64,000 nt of DNA, taken from Lama glama. Its lineage: Eukaryota. The first letter of the stretch is position 1. Every line of letters starts with the position of its first letter. Shown here piece by piece: positions 12,053 through 24,911 of this stretch. The notes beneath the pieces are model-generated. The model had not been told where the DNA came from. It made no database searches and saw only the letters and a list, made by a program, of their open reading frames with translations. Both the position numbers and the translations under genes were made by a program. The stretch spans positions 2,480,001-2,544,000 of the forward strand of contig CM052820.1 of the NCBI GenBank assembly GCA_028534125.1, read 5' to 3'.

Positions 12053-13427
12053 CTGGAGGATGAAAGCAAACGGCAGATTTTTAAACCCTTGGAAAAACAG
12101 CAACAAATACAGTGACAAGGTAACCACCATGCTTTCAGTTACTTTCAGTCAGTTATCGTGACAGCCAAATTACTGCACAACTGTTAGAAGGAAAAGAAGT
12201 CCACGTAGGCATCGTGTTTTCAATAAATCTGATAGACGGAAATTCAGATTTACGAGAAAAATAAATACGACATGACTTCTAACTTCAAAATAGTAAACTC
12301 CCCCCTAAATCTTTGAAATGTGACTGCTTTCTGGTCATTTCTTTCCAGGCATTCCTGGAAGCAAGGGCTGGGGAATGGGACAGAACAGTGACAAGGTCAA
12401 CATCACCACCAAGAGCACAAAACCCGCAACTCAAAATCCCGGGTTAAGAAAGTGCCTGGACGTGTTAATACACACATCTCCCCACGGGAACAGTGTGGCA
12501 GGACGGGCGTGTTCACTTCTGCCCAAGGGTCCCAGGAGCAGTCTTCAAGAGACTGAAGGAGCTGTAAGGCTGCTCCAGCCGGCCAGAGCTGGCACTTCCT
12601 GTCACGGGGCATCCACACTCAGAACACCGTGGGCTGGGGCAGTGCCTGTGCGGGGTGCGCTGGGACACAGAGCCAGCTGGCTGGTGTGGCCTGAGACTGA
12701 GCTCCAAAGAGCATCATGACTCGTTCACAGGCAGAGGCCGGAGAAAGCCCACAGCTCAGGGCCACGAGCCGGTCAGGGCGGTGGGACCAGGGATGAATCA
12801 CACAGCAATGCAAAGGACAGGACGACGGAAGGAGATGGCAGTTCAACCTCCAGAGCGTGATCTGCTCTTGAAGCTCTGACTCTGACTTGTATACCTGTCC
12901 CAAAACAGGCCGAGGGCCTCAGGGCCGGCCTTGTAAAAACAGGAAACACGGGGGACAGCGAGCCAGAGAAACAGCGCTGTCTCCCCCACTTGCAAAGACG
13001 GAGGAGTCAGATTAGGCACAAAAGCCTTCCAAATTGCTTCCTGGACACATTTACAAGAGAAAAGTGTTTTTGAAAACACAAAGGAAACCCCAAATGGGGA
13101 ACAATTGCTGGAAAAGGAGGAGAGACCCTAGAGACCAATTTTTTGGACTTGAGCTTGTGAAAATATACACATAATGATCCTCCTTTTTCTTAAACTCCTT
13201 TTGTTAAAAAAATATATATATATGGTCTTAAATTATTTTTGATAATGTTTTAAAAGGCTGAGAAAAGTCTTAGCAAGTTAGTCAAGCCAACTGAAGTGCT
13301 GACTGAGCTTTGCTCTTTGGGCTTCACGCAGAAGGGGTTGAAGCACCCACGTCCATGAAACCAGCACTGAAAGCGACAGACGGAAAGAAGGAGAAGGAGG
13401 GAACAGGGACATGAAAGGAGGACACAC

Positions 13428-13505
13428 CCGGTTTCCATTCTGGGCAGAGAGGGGTTTGGGAGCAAAGCCACGACGGGAGAGCCCGAGGTCGGAGCAGAAG
13501 AGTCC
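13428..13505 (-). CDS. LRRFIP1: LRRFIP1 78-nt cassette exon (GLFCSDLGLSRRGFAPKPLSAQNGNR)
   Basis: gttttctctgattacag acceptor, CGG|gtgtgt donor; resembles the recalled rodent segment GLSCSNLGLPSSGLASKPLSTQNGSR. Confidence 0.85.
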
Positions 13506-15155
13506 CTGTAATCAGAGAAAACGGGCCGGAGGGGAGAAAGGCTCACAGCTTCATTTCATCTCAAGAGGCATCGTCGGTTCACATAAACTGACTTCTACAA
13601 CACAATCAGTCAAGGACATGCACTTGTGGGGAAAGAGCAAAAGTGATCGGAAGGAATCAAGACAGTCCAGCTAATTGATGAAACCGTTACAAGGGACAAA
13701 TCGGGACTTCGGAGTCTACACACAGGCAGACATTGACTTGATTAATTCTCACTGACAGCAAGACCACAGGGGTTTTGAAGGTCTTTGTAATTTGAGTTCT
13801 CATTTTTAAAGTTTGGTGGGAAAAACTCAAAATCAGGAATTTGCAGAAATATTAGCCTCTATTTTATGTAATAAAATATTTCATTTGTGATGATCTCTGG
13901 CTTGGCCTCCTTGATTAGGGATTCACACGGTGTGTGTGTGCTCAGGATTCACAGAAGACAGGATAAATTCAGGGGTGTGGTTCTGAGGCCAACAGTCTGC
14001 ACAACATTTCTGGGGGATACTACTATGTACATTAACTCTTTCCCCAAACAAAATATTCTACCCAAACTAAAGGTCCTTGAGGAGGGAGCTAGCTGTTTCA
14101 GATCCCCGTGCCAGCAGCATCCTAACAACCACACAGACACGGGACAGCCCTCGAAGGCGAGGAAGTAGTTCTGTTCAGGTCACGTGATGGCGTCTTAAGA
14201 CATCCCATCACGGCTCCAAGATCCTGTGACTCGTACCTGTTGTTCGTAAGCCTTGAATGAGCTACAGCAAAATCACCCAAGGGGCAGGTCCATGAAGTTC
14301 TCGGGTGCACAGGGAGGAATGTTCTAATATTTAACACCGACACTACTGTGGCTCTACCTGGTTTGTTTCTATCTATTCTTTTTTCCCCACGTGTTCTTTA
14401 AGGTTCAGCACACATGCGTTGTTATGACACTTCCTGGCAAAATTAATTTCTCCTTAGCATCCTGTTTACCGCTGCTCTGGTGTATCCCATAGGTGGGTCT
14501 GTCTTCTGTTCTACAAGTAAATGCTTCCAGAGGACCTAACTCACCTGCTTGTTTTTGTGACTTTCCTACCAAAACTAGTTCCTTAATGTTTGCTGAGTGA
14601 ATACAAACCTTACCTAGAACCAAGTCTTACCTAGTAGGGCTCTTAAATAACTTAGAAATATCTGCCTCTCAAGATTTATGTGTGTTTGTTAAGGACGAGG
14701 AGGAAGGCTACTGCACAGACATCTGGATTTGGATTTGCTTTAATTTTCATTCTAAGTCTAGTCCATCCCTGAGAAACTGCCACAAAATATGCAACGTAAT
14801 TCTGTCTCCAGGAACTCTCAAGGAACGAACTTCAGGGCTGTCTTATTTTCTTCCTTTCCATTAATTCTAATGGCTACCTATCCGCATACTTTCCTTCACT
14901 GTGCTTAGCTGAGCACAACAATGTGTGTTCAAACATTTGAATGTGAATTCAAACGCAAGACAGTGCGGTAAATCTGATTTAAATATATCATGTTAATTAT
15001 TGCCCCCAAGCTGACTTTAACATCTATCCAAATGAAAAGTCATAACATAGACATTAAAAGAGAAAAAGTGAGCGGAATTTACACATACAAGATGGCATGC
15101 TACAAAACCTGTGGTTTCTGAAGAGAGGATGTGAAAGATTTAAATGGAAACCAAC

Positions 15156-15218
15156 CAACGTCTCCTCTCTGGATGATGACAAAGTAGAGAATCTGCCGTC
15201 ACCGCTGGAGCTGGAATT
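15156..15218 (-). CDS. LRRFIP1: Probable LRRFIP1 63-nt cassette exon (NSSSSGDGRFSTLSSSREETL)
   Basis: Strong acceptor ctgttttctctgctgctcag, TTG|gttggt donor, phase 0-0, stop-free, Ser-rich like its neighbours, GCAUG at about +56; not in the curated human isoforms I recall. Confidence 0.7.
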
Positions 15219-17609
15219 CTGAGCAGCAGAGAAAACAGAGTAAGTGGTGCACATGTCCTTAACACCCTCAGAGCACCACCTGTCCCTATCAAAAGGCAAA
15301 TCAGAAATCACACAACCCAACCAGTGTCAGTGCCCCGGGAATGCCGGCGCAGCTGAAGGACCGACGGACTTGACTGCAGCAGAAACTCTCAGCAACCGGC
15401 GGTTCTAAGCTGTGCTGACGTCTCAGGGACGTCGTGTGCTTTAACTATTACTATTATTAATTATTGACATTTAACTATTATTACTACTTGTAATTACTAA
15501 ATCTCACAATGGACTGTCTATAACCTCTTAGTCTAGACCTTCCATATTACGTATCTAGGTAACTAAAATTCTGTTTATTGCACGACTTTCATTCTTTCCT
15601 CACCCAGACCTCTGAGGGGTACTGTTGGGCCCCAAAGCTCCAGGGAGGCAAGTGGGGCCGGAAGGAGCTGCACCCACTCCCAGCTGAGAACCATCCACAG
15701 AATGCTGGGTCCTGCAGCCATGGGGTGGCGTCAGCATGGCTTTATGAAGATCAGATCCAACCAAGAGTCTGGATGGGAAGGCGATACATGTGACCTTTAC
15801 AGAGGAAGGCACAGAACAGCACTTCTCCTCCTGGGAGGCTCTGGGTTCCCTTGTGGTGGAGACAGACATTTCTGTTCCCTCACCCTCAGTCCGGTCCCCT
15901 CATTCCTTCCCACGGACTGGTATTTCCCACATCGATGAGGTTTCTCCTTCCCACCCAGCTTTTCCCCAAGCCCACGCTCACACTATCCCTGGAGTTTTCT
16001 GCTCCTGGGTTTTCCCGTATAAGATGCTGCATTAAATGTAGGTTATTTGGTTCTTTAATCATTATATTTCCTGATTATTTATTAAATCCATTTTATATCC
16101 AGTTTTGCTCTGTGAACAGTTTTATTATCAAGTTCTTTTTGTATTTGATTTCTAGAGGCATTACTTAGCTAAATCAAAGGCACACTTTCACCATTTCAAC
16201 ATGAAAACCAAAGATTGAAATATATGGATATTATGTGCCCTGTAGAGCTCGATGTCACACTGCACTGTCACAAACATGCTGCAACTACATGGTCGGGATG
16301 TCCTAAAGGGGACTGTCGTGTTGGGTAGAAGCTGGACTAAAGAACTTCTCCAGTAACTTCCAGCTCTCAACTATGATTCTTTGTGATCAATATGGTGAGA
16401 CTGTGCAATTAGGGTGAAAAGTTACTAACGAGTCAATGTAACTTCAGGATTGCAGCTGTTGTCCTGCAACGCCAGCAGTGAATACCTCGCCGGGATGCTG
16501 AGCACAGAAAGCAGAACTGTCAGCATCCCACGAGCCCAGAATGGCATGTTGCCTGCTGCTGGCCGGGGGTGCTGCACCACCTTAACAGGAAACGTAACCG
16601 AACTAGAGAACGTCCAAAGGCTGTCAGTGCAAAAGGCAACATGAATAGGAAGACATAGTCTTCAAACTGGGAGGGTTTTTAGTCTGGGAATGAGAAAAAC
16701 TTAGGTGAAACAGAAGCGAACGCAATCCTTAACAGGGACGAGAGGGTAAAACTTCATCAGATGGTTTCAGAAAGCTCAGGTCTGAAAGAAAAACCTGAAA
16801 ATATAATTTAAATGCATATATGATATTTCTTAGTAAATATAATTAAGACAAATGAAAAGAAATAGTATTTTACACAACTAGGAAAATTTATTACTACAAG
16901 AAAAAAAAGGAAGCACATGGAAGAACAGGAAAATTTTAGGTAATTTGATGTGTAAGTGATCAGCAGCAGGTCATGAAACTGAATCCAAACGCATCGAGTT
17001 TCGCCATGCGAAATCCCCAGCCACCTCCTTGAGAAATCCTAAAGCCTTCCCTTACTTCTCTCTAACTCCCCTGCTTTGGTTCCTTCCTTCTCTCCCTGCA
17101 GAGCACCCCTCTGCACCTTTTCTACCTCCCGCCCCAGAGCTGTGGGCCCTCCCGGCATTAGTGTTCAGGGAAACACGGGCTGGAATATGTGTGTCTTTAA
17201 AATTACACAGAGAAGAGGGGCACTGTGGAAACGTCGAATTTAAGAATATTTGAAAGCTGGATATACTTAATATACACAGTATACACATGCACATACACTC
17301 AGGGCGATGAAACAGTGAAAGAGATAATATTTAATTCTAGCCCTTTTAATACATCAGCGACTCCTTTCAGTATTGACCTCCCACACTTAGAATGTCTGAA
17401 GACTAACAGTCTAAGAATGCCAACCAGCTGAGAAACATTAGCTGTCATTCTATCATGCGCTCGGAAAAAAAAGGGGGAGAGAGAGAGAGAAACAAGAGAA
17501 TGACTATAGCACAGAAAAAAAAACCAAAGAAGCTAAATTAAGCAACATTTTAAATAAGCTTTGCGGCAACCTGTTGGAATTCTGTGTCATGCAAGTTTAC
17601 TATACTGAC

Positions 17610-17669
17610 CCCGCCAGATCTTCTATTCAGGGACTGGGATCCATATAATTCTCCATCATAACCATTTGT
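17610..17669 (-). CDS. LRRFIP1: LRRFIP1 60-nt cassette exon (TNGYDGELYGSQSLNRRSGG)
   Basis: ttttcttcactgaaacag acceptor, gtcagt donor; recalled human TNGYDGELYGSQSLNRRSGR. Confidence 0.93.
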
Positions 17670-19191
17670 CTGTTTCAGTGAAGAAAAGGAGAAAAACTGG
17701 TATCAGCGCAGAAAGGAAGACACAGGGACAGACCGGCAGGAAAGACTTAGCCGGGTGTGAACTGAGCTTTGGGAGCGGAGCGGAGCGACAAGCCCAGGGA
17801 GCACCCGGCCTGGTCAGCCCCCCAGCGCCTCTGCGCTTCCCACCTGCTCGCTGCATCTCAGGAGAAACCAGCGGAACTGGAGGCACTCACTGGGGAAGAA
17901 GTGTTTACCGTGGTGGTATAGCCTCTGTCTCAGCTTCTCATTCATCCAGTCTCTCTACTTTATTTTTTAAAATGAAATCTGAGGACCTATTTCCTGATCT
18001 CATAATTTGTTCTCCTGAGAATGACGAACTTAGCCGTCCACCTGCGTCCTTTCTCTTCTGAATTCCGAGCCAGAGTCGGGCTTTCTAAAACAGCTCTCCT
18101 TCACCTCTAAGGGAACTTCTGCTGATTCAAGGTGAGAGCCGACAAGTGTCAGGGACATAACCAGCTCTCGAGACAGAAAGAGGAGGAGCGGTCCAGGCAA
18201 CTGCTAAACATGGAAGGAGATGCCGGGGGCCCTGGATGTGGGTCCAGATTCCAAGTAGAAGCTTTGCCACGTGACCTTTTGCAAGCTGTTTAATCCCCGG
18301 GAACCTCTCCTTCCTTGGCTGCAAAAATGTGCACAGTAACGCGTACTTTACTAGGCCACTGTGAGGATTAAACCTGATTAAAACGGGTGTCCCCGGTGCC
18401 CAGAACGGTGTCCTTGTGCAGGACGTGCTGACTGGCTGGATCCGTGAACACATGTGCACGGCCCCGAGCATTTTGGAAGAACGGATTCATTTCCTCGTTC
18501 AAAGAGCCAGGCACGTTATGTGCAGCTGGGGCGTGAATGAAGAGCCCCCGTCTGGGGTTCCAGACAGATTACACGTCCGGACCTACGGAGCCTTGACTGT
18601 GGGACTACTTCCTTGTGTTACAGCTCAACAGCGAGTCCATTTCAGGTTTCTAAATGAAAAAGAGTACGTAGAAGTCCTTCAAAATCAAATCTGAAAGCTC
18701 AGTGAGTCCATTAAAACATTTCTGAAATAAGCCTGATGGTAAAAGAACCTTTGGAGACGGGCAGGAGTTTTATTCAGCCTCATTTTCTTTTTCTCTCTCC
18801 ACTGACGAGAGTATTTGAAATAATCTTGCCTGCCCAGGGCTTGTACATTTCAGACCTCCGCCTTACTCCTTTGACATCTGTTCAGAAACTAGTTTCCAGA
18901 AAAAAATTAATATAATATTGAGGGTTAACATCAATTTTAGATGACTTTTACTTTGCTAATAAATAAGGAAGAAAAATGTATGACATGATATACACCCTTT
19001 GGCTTTCCGCTGCTGCTTATAAAACACAGACCGCTTTCGAGGAATTTTCCCTTTTGGTCTTCTCATTCTTGAGTTTGGCCCGCAGCACAGAGCAGAGGGT
19101 GGGTGGAGGCTGGCACATACTCCCTCATCTGTCCGTCTCTCTTGGCTTTCCATGAATATGCAGGAAAAACCTTTATTCTGAAGGCTTTGTT

Positions 19192-19340
19192 GGGGGGAGG
19201 GTGTAGCTCAGTGGTAGAGCACATGCTTAGCATGCACGAGGTCCTGGGTTCAATCCCCAGTACCTCCTCCAAAAATAAATAAATAAGCCAAATGTCTCCC
19301 CCTAAATTTTTTTTTTAAATAAATTGAAAAAAGAAAAGAT
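19192..19340 (+). mobile_element. tRNA-Ala-derived SINE (vic-1 type), well preserved, with TSD
   Basis: Intact A box TAGCTCAGTGG and B box GGTTCAATCCC; AATA tail; flanking tgaaggctttgt (19179-19190) / tgaaagctttgt (19345-19356). Confidence 0.9.
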
Positions 19341-21038
19341 CGAGTGAAAGCTTTGTGGAACAGCCACACTTCTCTGTTGTACTGAAATTCTTTCATGGAG
19401 AACACACTCCTACGACATCCCCCCAAACCTACATTCCTCACTGACAACAGCTCTGCAGTGAAAAGGCCTTGGACCTTCTTAAAGAACGCCACCCACTTTC
19501 CCCTCTTGGACAGTTTTCCTGGGCTGTATTTAGATGGAGGGAGCTGTTTTGAGGTGGCATAGCAGGGTAAAGAGCTGAAAATTAACTGCAACAGCATGAG
19601 AAGCAAAGCCCACAGAAGGCACACCGACTTCATCTTAAGTCAGGTCTCTGATGCTCAGTTAGCTTTGCTCTACGGAATATGCTTTTCCCAACACGCCTCC
19701 CTGCACAGAGCACCTGCACTGCGGTCACCTGGGCCCCGTCCTAGGGGATCAGAACACCTGGAGGCCCAGAAATATGCATTGTAACAACCCCCCACCCCGC
19801 AGGGGAACTTTACACACAGTAACACTGAGAAACACTGCTCTAAGAAAGAACAAAGTAGAGAAGACATTCACAGCAATCAGCGTTTTCTAAAAGAAGGTAA
19901 GTAAGCCAGAAGAAGAAACACTCTCAAAGCCAGTTATTCTCATGGCAATTTGGGGTTAGTCCGCTAACGACCACCACGCAGTGCTATCAAAGCATCCACC
20001 AGCTTCACATGTGACCGTGCAGCAGTCAACCATGCAAATTAACAGTTCTAGATATTTTTCTACTGAGTCAAAAGACAGACCACCTTCAGAAGCATTAGAG
20101 ATGGGGAACTAAGTAAGAAAGGCAAACGTCAAAGCTTTCAAGCCAGCCTCACAGTGGAGACGAGCAGCCCCCAGGACGCTCAGAGGCAAGTGTGCCTGCA
20201 GGCCTGTGGCCCTGTTAGTTACCATCTTAAAGGCTAACATGCATTCCAAAAACAGAAATTGGAAACGAAAAGTGGAATGAATGAAGCGCAAAGGCCTTCT
20301 GGTGACCAAGTACGTAATCTGCTACAGTAACTTCAGTGCTGAGCGTGATTAATGCTGGTGAGATTAAATTCTTCTTCCTTTTAGAGTCATTTAGGTTCAC
20401 AGGTTTTCAGAAAGCATACAGTGCGGAAACTCTTCTAGACGGAGGAAGGGAAATTCTGAATTTAAATCTGAAGGATTTGTTTTTGTTACTGAAAGAGAGT
20501 CTTTCTCAAAGAGCACCTTCTGGCCAAAGAGCCAAATCGGACTTTTATTTGAACGGATGCAGATTAGGAAAATAATACATTTTTCATTAGATAAAATGAC
20601 TTTAAAGCTAATCTTTTAAGGAAAAGTAGAGGCATTCTTGGGAATTCTTGATCTGATTTGAGGCCCCTGGAAGAAGACACCACATTTTCCATCTTAGTAT
20701 CAGCGGCTGCTGGCCAGTGCCTGGCAACCAGTGGTGCTCCCGGACCGCCTGGTGAGTGAGGCGTTCAGGCACCCACACCTGGGCTCCTGGGCCTGCCCGC
20801 AGGGACCAGAGCTGCACCCAGGGGGCTCTGGGAAGAGAAGTGCTCACTCTGGTGGGTGCACCTCCCTCTTGCCCTCAGTCCCCAGGTAAGGACTGGTGGA
20901 CGGCACACGTGTCTGTTCAAACAAAGACGTCCTTGGCTTTTTAGACAAATACCCATGAGATTAGTGGAACACCATAGGTTATTATCTGCCACACAACACT
21001 GTTAGGATCACGCCACAAAGTCTCTCCCACTAGCTCAC

Positions 21039-21077
21039 CCAGGCGTAGGGTCCCCCATACTCCAAGTCAGGCTGAGA
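21039..21077 (-). CDS. LRRFIP1: LRRFIP1 39-nt cassette exon (SQPDLEYGGPYAW)
   Basis: ttttccgtctttactgccag acceptor, gtgagc donor; peptide identical to recalled human sequence. Confidence 0.93.
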
Positions 21078-22737
21078 CTGGCAGTAAAGACGGAAAAGAA
21101 AAACAACAGGAAACAGTTGCCAAAAATCAATTAAAAGCTCAGTAAAACAGAAAAACATAAAACACAAACCAGGCAATCTGGAAAATCTTAACAAAATTAC
21201 ATTTTTTTCAAGACTTCTTGGATCTCATGTGCATTGACAAATGCAATTACGTCAGAATGACGGCTACCATAACATCCATTAACATTACATCAATTTGCCT
21301 CCATGGCAAATGTTGCTATAACCCATGAAATCTGAGGCAGTTTGAGCGATCCCATTTCCTCCTCTGCTACTAATTTTATTTGTATTAGGCAAGAGGTGAA
21401 CAGATGCAGCATACTCAATCTTTTAAATAAAGAAAATTAAGAACGTAGGTTATCTCAATCTAGATCTTCTGAGAATGTGCATACGAACACCAGGAAAGTA
21501 AAATTTCTTCCATTTTTAAGGGTTTGTCATCACTGTCAGTTGAATGAAGAAGGCCTGTGTTTAGAGAAAGTCAAGAGACAAAATATACGGTTTTGAACTT
21601 TGCAAACTAAAGATTTCAGAATATTGAAATGCACGAAGCACAGGGACAGACCGAGGAGGGACCCCCGCAGCGGGGCGGTGGGAGCCTTGGGCTTCCGGGC
21701 CCCGGAGGGGCTTGGGGGATGGGTGCTGGCCCTGGCCCTGAGCAGGCCTCCTGTGAAAATGAGGAGTTTTGACTCTCATCTCCAGGACCCAAGTTCTCAA
21801 GGTCTGTGGTTTCTGAAGAGAGTTATTTCTTTAGGTGGAGGGCATCACGGGCAAAATTAGTGTAGCCGACCACCGGCTAGCAACAAAAACCGCGTTTGCT
21901 CCCGACTTTCTGCCTTCTCCCTCTCTCTTACTTACATCCTCACTGGGGACCTCCCCTATAAAACTGTGTATCCTGAAACAAACAGGCTGGACATCTTGGC
22001 GAGGTGTGGTGTCCGGCACAGAAATTTAACTCATTTCTGGTTAAAATTGTTGAAAATGAAATAAATGCTATAAACACCCTAACAATCACTAGTAGCACAA
22101 TAATTTAAAACTCTCTGGGGTCAGGAAACCTTCTGAGAGTGTTAAGAAAGTGACAAGTTATTTTCCTAGAAAAATGCAAGTACATACAAAATCTTGAAAA
22201 CAATTTCAAGGAGGATCACAGATTGAAAATGATAATTTGATAGAGATTTGGGTTCTTTCTCCAAACTCTCTCCTATTCTCTCTGGAGCCTGAATTAATTA
22301 GGTTTGCTTTCACTGTATCAAAGCTCCCCTGTCCAGCTCACCAACGTCCACGATGCTGAGAACAACGGTCACGTGAGCCCTATGCTCACGTGATCCTCCC
22401 CTCCTTGAAAGCGTATCTTCTTCACTTGGTTTCAAGGACCCAACCTTCTCCTAGGCCTGCTCAACAGCTGTAATTTCAGTCTGTTGTCTACAGATTCTGC
22501 AAGATGAGTTTTGCGTTGATAATGTTTCAGTTGCATAAATCTTGCTTCCTCTTGCGGGAATCAGGTCGGGAGGGTCTAAGAGGAAGTTACAACCATATGG
22601 CGAGGGAGAAAGTTTCAAACAGCAAGGAAGCTCTTTAACTGACTTCACCGCTGAACTGTAACTTTCCGGCAAAATCACTATGGCTCTGCTTTCGGCACTG
22701 CAAGGACAATGACAGTTAACAGGATAACTGCAGTGTA

Positions 22738-23202
22738 CAGCTGTCCTTCAGTATCCATGGGGGACTGGCTCCAGGACCCCCGCAGACACCAAAATCTGCG
22801 ATGCTCAAGTCCCTTGTAAAACAGCACGGTATTTGCACATAACCTACACACACCCTCCCTGAAAGATGACTTTCAGTCATCTCTAGATGGCTTGTAATAC
22901 CTAGTACAAGGTAAACACTATGTGAATAGTTGTAAATACAATGGAAGTGCTACGGAAACAGTTGCCAGTGTGACAAATTCGAATTTTGCTTTTTGGAATT
23001 TCTCCCCTGCTGTGTAGCCTTGGGCGTGTCATCTAACTTTCTAGTCTCAGTCTTTCAAAAATACGAATTTAATATCTACATTGCAAGGTTGTGAAAATTA
23101 AGCAGAACATAGTAGAAGCACCTAGAACATAAAAAAAAAATTCGACCTGTGGTTGGCTGAATCATGCGGAAACTGGCATATGGGGATATGGAAGGCTGAC
23201 TG
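22738..23202. mobile_element. MER2B-like Tigger-family MITE, interrupted by an insert at about 23004-23140
   Basis: ta|cagctgtccttcagtatccatgggggactggctccaggacccc...atgctcaagtccc and terminal ggttggctgaatc...ggatatggaaggctgactg. Confidence 0.8.
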
Positions 23203-23932
23203 TGTCACCTGCACGTTTCACTGTTATAAAGAGCCAAAGTAAATGCCCACTTAGTGCGTATATAAAGGAGGTCTAGGAGTGATATGATTTAACCATCACG
23301 GTGATTAGAAACGAGACTTCCGCTGTATCTAGTCCTTCAGTAAAACAGAGCTGGCTACGCTGAGACCAAACTATTACCAGCAGTGAGATACAGCTCTAAC
23401 CCGATGCTGAACTAAACGGACATGCGCAGATTAATTTACTGACTCAAAGAACTAGGCAAAAGAACAATTTCACTTCCCAATGTTTTTAAGTATAATTATG
23501 AAGGTTTTGGGAATGTCTGAGGAAAAAGTGTGCATTTGTGCTCATCAACCATCAGGCTCTCAGGGATGAAGCGCTTCCATTCCAGCTGATGAGAGGAAAG
23601 GCTCCTGAAGCTGGCCGGCCCCGGGGCCGGACAGAGCCAACCTGCTCCGATTCTCCTCCAGGCAGCCTCCCGCAGCTTTCAAGGGGCTGCACAAAACATC
23701 GCTGAGTGGTGGTTAATTTAACTCGTGTGCTGCTTTAAGTGGGATTCCAGTTTGCTGGGCAGCATGCACGCACACAGGCACGCGGACTTCTGTCAGGGCA
23801 GACCGCGCCCCGTGCCTCCACGCCCCCTTCATCCCGCCAAGAGACGACGTCGTCAAAGCAGGCAGTTCTGTGATGTGGACAACAGGGGAAAATGGTGACT
23901 TCCACTCTTGGGGGAAAGACACAATAAAAGTG

Positions 23933-23935
<3 letters not shown>

Positions 23936-23964
<29 letters not shown>

Positions 23965-23975
23965 CTGTGTGTGTG
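23936..23975. repeat. (TG)n microsatellite
   Basis: Direct read; one interruption. Confidence 0.95.
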
Positions 23976-23979
23976 TTGC

Positions 23980-24090
23980 TTTCTCTTCTTTTTTTGGCAA
24001 GGGGGAGGGAATTAGGTTGGTTGGTTGGTTGGTTGATTTAATGGAGGGACTGGAGATTGAGCCCAGGACCTCGTGCATCTACCTTCCCCC
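23980..24090 (-). mobile_element. vic-1-type SINE with internal deletion and (GGTT)n tail
   Basis: B-box half and the aacctaattccctccccc tail present; A-box region missing. Confidence 0.75.
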
Positions 24091-24291
24091 AACAAGTGCT
24101 TATGCTTATTAATAATCTCTCTACACAACAAAAAACATCCCAACATTGAATAGATTTTAAAGAAGCATCCCGTCAGTGAGACGCTGACTGTGAGGCCACA
24201 GGCTAATGAACAAGAACTGGAAGGCAAGGACGGAAGGGCATGAACCTGGACACAGACTGGACCATGCAAACACAGCCATCCCGTTACTGAC

Positions 24292-24342
24292 CCTCAGGCT
24301 TCCACGGCTACCCACTGACATGCGCTCATCTTCATCAGAAGC
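24292..24342 (-). CDS. LRRFIP1: LRRFIP1 51-nt exon (ASDEDERMSVGSRGSLR)
   Basis: cctttctctcactag acceptor, gtcagt donor; peptide identical to recalled human sequence. Confidence 0.95.
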
Positions 24343-24798
24343 CTAGTGAGAGAAAGGATGAAAACCACCATGAGGAGACGACGTGACAAACACACAGAAC
24401 CCACGCCCAGCTCTCAGAGGGCAGCGGCTGAGCCCACGTTCAGCCGTGGGCAGATCAGCCCCTCTGAAAATCCCAGTGGACGTGAACCCAGGTCTCCACC
24501 AGATGGGCTTTGCTTGTGCCCCTCTGTCTAACGGGGGGCTGCCTCCGGATTACGTGGCTTCAAATTAATTTCACTGAAGTTGTGGAGTTTACTTGGCTGG
24601 TAACCTACACATACAGATCTTAATGTTTATTACTCTGCAAATCATTCGTGGGTATTCAGTAGCAAAAAGAAGTTCAAAAACTGTCATGAACATATTAACA
24701 CTCAGAAATTTTTCAAACTTAGGTCAAAATACTAAAAGCTGAGTTCACAGTCTTTGTTTAGGTAATGGTATCAGTGTTAGTTAATTTTTTTCATAAGA

Positions 24799-24856
24799 TA
24801 CACACACACACACACATATATATATATATGGACAGAGAGAGAGAGAGAGAGAGAGA
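24799..24856. repeat. Compound (CA)n(TA)n(GA)n microsatellite
   Basis: Direct read. Confidence 0.95.
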
Positions 24857-24911
24857 ATTTATGCATTTCAGCCATGCAAACCCGTCGGGGGTGAAGGGGC
24901 CCAGTACTAAC

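Noticed and set aside
19197-19268. True tRNA-Ala gene
   Set aside because: Has a SINE tail, TSDs, stem mismatches, a T at the discriminator position and five diverged sister copies in the window
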